Shown: piece by piece, positions 7,546-9,869 of the stretch
How the letters are laid out: every line of letters starts with the position of its first letter
How positions within the stretch are numbered: position 1 is the stretch's first letter
From: Longivirga aurantiaca
GTDB lineage: Bacteria; Actinomycetota; Actinomycetes; S36-B12; CAIYMF01
Assembly: GCF_042660085.1 (NCBI RefSeq)
Contig: NZ_JBHSTI010000071.1
Location: forward strand, 1-9,869
Direction of reading: 5' to 3'
DNA length: 9,869 nt
Made by a program: the position numbers and the translations under genes
Notes under the pieces: generated by a model
Databases searched by the model: none
Told to the model about the DNA's origin: nothing
Seen by the model: the letters and a program-made list of their open reading frames with translations, nothing else

Positions 7546-7621
7546 GGCGTCATCCTCGCAGTTCGCTCACGAACGGGGCGCGGGCTCAAGGCAGGGCGCT
7601 CCACCGGCCGATGACGTGGCT

Positions 7622-7759
7622 ATGACCGCGCTGGTGCTGCTGCTGACCGTCGCCCTCGCGGCGCTCGTCGTGGGCAAGCAGCTCGACGACCGCCGCGCCC
7701 ACGCGCGCGTGCCGGACGCGACCGCCGCCGCTGAGGCCTCCGGCGAAGGGCCGGGCTAG
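7622..7759 (+). CDS. Candidate small single-pass membrane protein (45 aa): MTALVLLLTVALAALVVGKQLDDRRAHARVPDATAAAEASGEGPG
   Basis: It lies in the otherwise unassigned 210-bp gap between the sua5 start and the LytR_C stop. By my own count, 43 of 45 codons end in G/C while second positions are about half G/C, which is the signature of a genuine frame in this genome. The N-terminus is a TM helix followed by a charged tail. There is no clear SD or -10 upstream. The stop TAG (7757-7759) overlaps the convergent LytR_C stop (7756-7758) within CTAG. Confidence 0.4.
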   Translation: MTALVLLLTVALAALVVGKQLDDRRAHARVPDATAAAEASGEGPG

Positions 7760-8403
7760 CTCGCGGACGGTGTGGCGGACGGGCTAGCCGACGCCGTGCC
7801 CGAGGCCGGCTTCGACGGCGTCGGGCATCCCGGGCCGGGCGAGGCGACCGGCTTGGCGAGCGCGGCATCGACCGCCTTCTGCGGTGCGACCGCCTTCCAC
7901 TTCTCGCCGAGGACGAGGTCGACCGTCGCGTCGGTCCGCTTGTCCTTCACGAGCTTGGCCTTCGGCGCGTAGAAGCGCAGGAGCTTCGCGTTGTCGAGAC
8001 CGCTCTCGCCGTACCGGATCTCGGCTACACCGGCGACGGTCTTGCCGAGGGGGTCGTTGGCGACGGCGCCGATGCCGAACTCGCGCGCCTTGAGCTCGTC
8101 GGCCGTGGCGCGGGCGAGGCCCGAGCGGTCGGTGGCGTTGTAGACGTTGACGGTGACCGTGGCGGGCTCGGGGAGCGCGGCGCCGGGGGTGACGGTGACG
8201 GTGACGCAGGTGTCGGGCGTGCTGCTCGAGCTGCTGCCCGGCCCCGGCTCGTTGCCGCCGCCGCGCAGGAGCACCACGGCGCCGTACGTGCCGCCGAAGA
8301 CCACGGCCATCATGAGGACGACGAGCAGGCCCGTCGCCCAGGGACGGCGGCGCCGCGGACCTCCGCCACTCGGTCCGATGACCGTTCCGCTCAGCATGCT
8401 CAT
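7756..8403 (-). CDS. LytR_C (LytR/CpsA/Psr C-terminal) domain membrane protein: N-terminal TM anchor, Ser/Gly linker, LytR_C domain, Pro/Ser/Ala-rich tail
   Basis: I placed the start at ATG 8403, giving 215 aa: MSMLSGTVIGPSGGGPRRRRPWATGLLVVLMMAVVFGGTYGAVVLL (Arg-rich, then TM). VTVNVYNATDRSGLARATADELKAREFGIGAVANDP...AEIRYGESGLDNAKLL...DATVDLVLGEKW matches the LytR_C pattern V.V.NGT...GLA......L...GF.V....NA. The start overlaps the upstream stop in ATGA (8400-8403). The longer tracked ORF (to 8571) overlaps the upstream gene. Confidence 0.8.
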   Translation of the reverse strand: MSMLSGTVIGPSGGGPRRRRPWATGLLVVLMMAVVFGGTYGAVVLLRGGGNEPGPGSSSSSTPDTCVTVTVTPGAALPEPATVTVNVYNATDRSGLARATADELKAREFGIGAVANDPLGKTVAGVAEIRYGESGLDNAKLLRFYAPKAKLVKDKRTDATVDLVLGEKWKAVAPQKAVDAALAKPVASPGPGCPTPSKPASGTASASPSATPSAS

Positions 8404-8762
8404 CGGGTGCCCCCACGGCTGGTTCCGACGGTACGGGTGGTGCCGGCCGCACCCCGGGTCGCGCCCGGGTCGTCGAGGTCGAGCACCCGCGCGTGCAGCA
8501 GCGGGCGTCCGTGCAGCGCCGTACGCAGGGCCCGGTGCAGGCCGTCCTCGAGGTAGAGCACGCCCTGCCACTTCACGACGTGCGCGAACAGGTCGCCGTA
8601 GAACGTGGACTGCTCGTCGAGGAGGGTCTCGAGATCGAGCATGCGCTTGGTGGTCACGAGGTCGGCGAGGCGCACCTGGCGCGGGGCGACCCCGGCCCAG
8701 TCGGAGGGCGTGAGGGCATGGTCGGGGTACGGACGCCCGTCTCCCACACCCTTGAAGATCAC
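8400..8762 (-). CDS. Small conserved hypothetical protein with a ParB N-terminal / sulfiredoxin (ParB/Srx) fold signature
   Basis: I placed the start at GTG 8762, giving 120 aa: VIFKGVGDGRPYPDHALTPSDWAGVAPRQVRLADLVTTKRMLDLETLL...VVKWQGVLYLEDGLHRALRTALHGRPLLHARVLDLD. The Y-L-x-DG-x-HR motif followed by an A...G...h.A.V strand matches the ParB/Srx DGHHR-type core. A TAGACT -10 lies 7 nt upstream of the GTG (leaderless). The longer ORF to 9011 is rejected because it runs through the SRP RNA gene and is Arg/Pro-rich. Confidence 0.6.
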   Translation of the reverse strand: MIFKGVGDGRPYPDHALTPSDWAGVAPRQVRLADLVTTKRMLDLETLLDEQSTFYGDLFAHVVKWQGVLYLEDGLHRALRTALHGRPLLHARVLDLDDPGATRGAAGTTRTVGTSRGGTR

Positions 8763-8769
8763 CTGATCG

Positions 8770-8775
8770 AGTCTA
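8770..8775 (-). promoter_or_regulatory. Candidate -10 hexamer TAGACT, 7 nt upstream of GTG 8762 (leaderless configuration)
   Basis: The minus strand reads GCCTAGACTCGATCAGGTG. It matches TANNNT. There is no SD. Confidence 0.4.
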
Positions 8776-8879
8776 GGCGGCGATCCGCGCGAGTCCCGCC
8801 TCTGCCGGTCGCGCGCCGCGGATTCGCCCCGATCGGCCGATCCTCGGTGCCCGCCGTCCGGCAGCGCGTCCGGGCATGA

Positions 8880-8970
8880 GGTGACCCCCCGCGCACCCGC
8901 CAGAGCCCGCTTACCCTTGCTGCCTTCCGGCCCTGGGGGAGTTCGGCAGGGTGACGCCACGCGAGGGGTC
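8880..8970 (-). ncRNA. ffs: Signal recognition particle RNA (bacterial small SRP / 4.5S RNA)
   Basis: The minus strand contains CCCCCAGGGCCGGAAGGCAGCAAGGGUAAG. It aligns to the E. coli domain IV core GGUCAGGUCCGGAAGGAAGCAGCCAAGG: a GGAA tetraloop closed by GCC/GGC, and the conserved symmetric-loop bases AGG (5') and AGCA (3'). The next helix is compensatory, CCC/GGG in place of GGU/GCC. An 11-bp terminal helix pairs 8970-8960 (GACCCCUCGCG) with 8893-8883 (CGCGGGGGGUC, one G-U). CACCC(U)GCC pairs with GGCGGGUG inside it. The ends are approximate. Confidence 0.75.
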
Positions 8971-8977
8971 GTCCGCA

Positions 8978-8983
8978 AGCATA
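8978..8983 (-). promoter_or_regulatory. Candidate -10 hexamer TATGCT for the SRP RNA gene
   Basis: The minus strand reads TATGCT-TGCGGAC-G. The G at 8970, 7 nt downstream, is the first base of the SRP RNA terminal helix. A weak -35-like TCGGCG lies at 17-nt spacing (9006-9001). Confidence 0.45.
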
Positions 8984-9074
8984 GGCCAGGGCGTGGGCGG
9001 CGCCGAAACACCGGCGGCGTCGGTCAGGGGGCAGTCGCCGGAGCCCGGTTTGGTGATGACCCCACCGACGCCCG

Positions 9075-9080
9075 TATCCT
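9075..9080 (+). promoter_or_regulatory. Candidate -10 hexamer TATCCT for tRNA-Ser
   Basis: The sequence reads TATCCT-ctgcggc-G, where the G is tRNA position +1 at 9088 (7-nt spacing). A possible -35, TTGGTG, lies at 9050-9055, but the 19-nt spacer is long. Confidence 0.4.
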
Positions 9081-9087
9081 CTGCGGC

Positions 9088-9175
9088 GGAGGATTCGCCT
9101 AGTGGCCTAGGGCGCACGCTTGGAAAGCGTGTTGGGGGAAACCCCTCAGGGGTTCGAATCCCCTATCCTCCGCCA
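9088..9175 (+). tRNA. tRNA-Ser (anticodon GGA), class II with long variable arm and genomically encoded CCA
   Basis: I folded the cloverleaf by hand. Acceptor: GGAGGAT/ATCCTCC. Anticodon stem CACGC/GCGTG with loop TTGGAAA (anticodon GGA). Variable arm: 16 nt, TTGGGGGAAACCCCTC. T arm: AGGGG-TTCGAAT-CCCCT. Discriminator G at 9172, CCA at 9173-9175. The body is 85 nt. Confidence 0.95.
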
Positions 9176-9183
9176 GCACGTGA

Positions 9184-9218
9184 CGACGGGCGGGAGCGCA
9201 GTGCGCTCCCGCCCGTCG
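9184..9218. terminator. Perfect 16-bp GC-rich hairpin with a 3-nt loop, between the convergent tRNA-Ser and NmrA-like genes; probable bidirectional intrinsic terminator without a U-tract
   Basis: CGACGGGCGGGAGCGC-AGT-GCGCTCCCGCCCGTCG. Positions 9184-9199 pair perfectly with 9218-9203. An additional CACG/CGTG pairing lies at 9177-9180 and 9219-9222. The hairpin starts 9 nt after the CCA and ends 17 nt before the convergent stop. Confidence 0.7.
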
Positions 9219-9234
9219 CGTGCTCCGTGCCGGA

Positions 9235-9869
9235 TCAGCCGGCCAGCGCCTCGCGCGCGGCGTCGGCCACGCCGGTCGCCGGACGGCCGAGCAGCGCGGT
9301 CAGGTCGCTCGGGTCGACGTACAGCTCGCCCGCGGCGATTCCGCGGTCGACGTCGGAGAAGATCAGCGGCAGCGGCTCGGGCAGGCCGGCGCCGGCGAGG
9401 ATCCCCTGGAACGTCTCGACCGGGACGTCGGTGTAGGCGATCGAGGAGCCGGTGACCTCGGACAGGATCGCGGCCAGCTCGGTGAGCGTGACGGCCTCGC
9501 CGCCGAGCTCGTAGACCTTGCCCGCGTGGCCCTCGCCGGTGAGGACGGCGGCCGCCGCCTCGCCGAGCTCGCGGCGCAGCACGAGGCTGACCTTGCCCTC
9601 GCCGGCCGAGCCGACCATGCCGTGCTCCAGGTACGTCGGCACCTGGGCGGTGTAGTTCTCGACGTACCAGCCGTTGCGCAGCGCGGTCCAGGCGAGGCCC
9701 GAGGTAGCGAGGGCCTCCTCGGTGGCGCGGTGGTCGGCGAGCAGCAGGATCGAGGACGTCGAGGCCTTCGGGCCGGAGGTGTACACGACGTGCTCAACGC
9801 CGGCCGCCGTCGCGGCGTCGATCGCGTTGCGGTGCTGGCCGACGCGGTCGTCGAACGAGCCGCTCGAGA
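9235..9869 (-). CDS. NmrA-like / atypical SDR NAD(P)H-binding protein (YtfG/QorB-like quinone oxidoreductase family); the 5' end lies beyond the window
   Basis: The frame stays open to the window edge, upstream of the tracked GTG at 9786. By hand translation it reads ...SSGSFDDRVGQHRNAIDAATAAGVEHVVYTSGPKA...HRATEEALATSGLAWTALRNGWYVENY...GEGKVSLVLRRELGEAAAAVLTGEGHAGKVYELGG.AVTLTELAAILSEVTG. This is typical of the middle and C-terminal parts of NmrA-family proteins. The stop TGA is at 9235-9237. Confidence 0.85.
   Translation of the reverse strand, partial: SSGSFDDRVGQHRNAIDAATAAGVEHVVYTSGPKASTSSILLLADHRATEEALATSGLAWTALRNGWYVENYTAQVPTYLEHGMVGSAGEGKVSLVLRRELGEAAAAVLTGEGHAGKVYELGGEAVTLTELAAILSEVTGSSIAYTDVPVETFQGILAGAGLPEPLPLIFSDVDRGIAAGELYVDPSDLTALLGRPATGVADAAREALAG

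Noticed and set aside
7751-7789. Two copies of CGGGCTAGC 28 nt apart, each containing the rare tetranucleotide CTAG.
   Set aside because: The second copy lies within the repetitive Pro/Ser/Ala-rich C-terminal coding tail (PSATPSAS), where the DNA itself is repeated. The copies are in different frames and I can support no function.
8160-8210. GTGACG/GTGACC short tandem repeats (ggtgacggtgacggtgacgc).
   Set aside because: They lie inside the LytR_C coding frame and simply encode the VTVTVT linker. They are not a CRISPR array or a regulatory repeat.
8831-8842. A perfect 12-bp palindrome GATCGGCCGATC between the SRP RNA 3' end and the ParB-like promoter, plus nearby GC-rich inverted repeats (8786-8815, 8848-8876).
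   Set aside because: By a rough estimate, perfect 6+6 palindromes are expected several times per 10 kb at this base composition. With no loop it cannot form a good hairpin. The neighbouring stems are short (6-7 bp) with long loops. They may contribute to SRP RNA 3'-end formation, but the sequence alone does not support a call.
8763-9011. The N-terminal 83-aa extension of the tracked 203-aa ORF (8400-9011).
   Set aside because: It runs through the SRP RNA gene and its promoter, is Arg/Pro/Gly-rich, and is unnecessary given the TAGACT-7-GTG leaderless start at 8762.
9075-9175. A possible integrative element at tRNA-Ser, suggested by TATCCTC upstream of the tRNA (9075-9081) matching the tRNA 3' acceptor segment (9164-9170).
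   Set aside because: Only 7 nt match. The copy lies upstream of the tRNA, not downstream. There is no integrase, no att-length repeat, and the flanking genes are ordinary chromosomal genes. It is better explained as a -10 box or leader pairing.
1-9869. A search for CRISPR arrays, transposase or integrase genes, toxin-antitoxin pairs, phage or defence genes, and riboswitch-like leaders.
   Set aside because: There are no spaced direct-repeat arrays, no recombinase-like ORFs, and no composition break apart from the short AT-rich marR promoter patch. Intergenic regions are short and are accounted for by promoters, hairpins, the SRP RNA and the tRNA.

Overview
The window is very GC-rich, and real reading frames have G/C at almost every third codon position. 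This points to Actinomycetota chromosomal DNA, possibly Micrococcales-like (an inference from composition and gene content only). It looks like a core housekeeping region, not an accessory island. I found no integrase, transposase, CRISPR array, phage gene or recognisable defence gene.

Gene order, left to right:
- (+) a 5'-truncated thioredoxin-like/NHL beta-propeller protein (NHLRC2-like), an isochorismatase-family cysteine hydrolase, and a small polytopic membrane protein.
- (-) a membrane-anchored alpha/beta hydrolase (Abhydrolase_9 type).
- (-) a MarR regulator and MFS_3 transporter pair, with an AT-rich palindrome at the promoter.
- (-) Sua5/TsaC L-threonylcarbamoyl-AMP synthase.
- (+) a candidate 45-aa single-TM ORF.
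- (-) a small ParB/Srx-fold protein whose stop overlaps the start of a LytR_C membrane protein (ATGA).
- (-) an SRP (4.5S) RNA gene that the ORF track hides under a spurious ORF extension.
- (+) tRNA-Ser(GGA), followed by a 16-bp GC hairpin.
- (-) a 5'-truncated NmrA-like NAD(P)-binding protein.

A recurring pattern is a TAnnCT -10 hexamer 6-7 nt upstream of four start codons and of both stable-RNA 5' ends. This implies several leaderless mRNAs and helps fix the start codons.

I see no convincing evidence of a new multi-gene system. The least understood elements are the ParB/Srx-fold plus LytR_C pair, the NHLRC2-like cluster, and the small TM ORF. Many long ORFs in the track are Arg/Pro/Ala/Gly- or Ser-rich shadow frames typical of high-GC DNA, and I rejected them.
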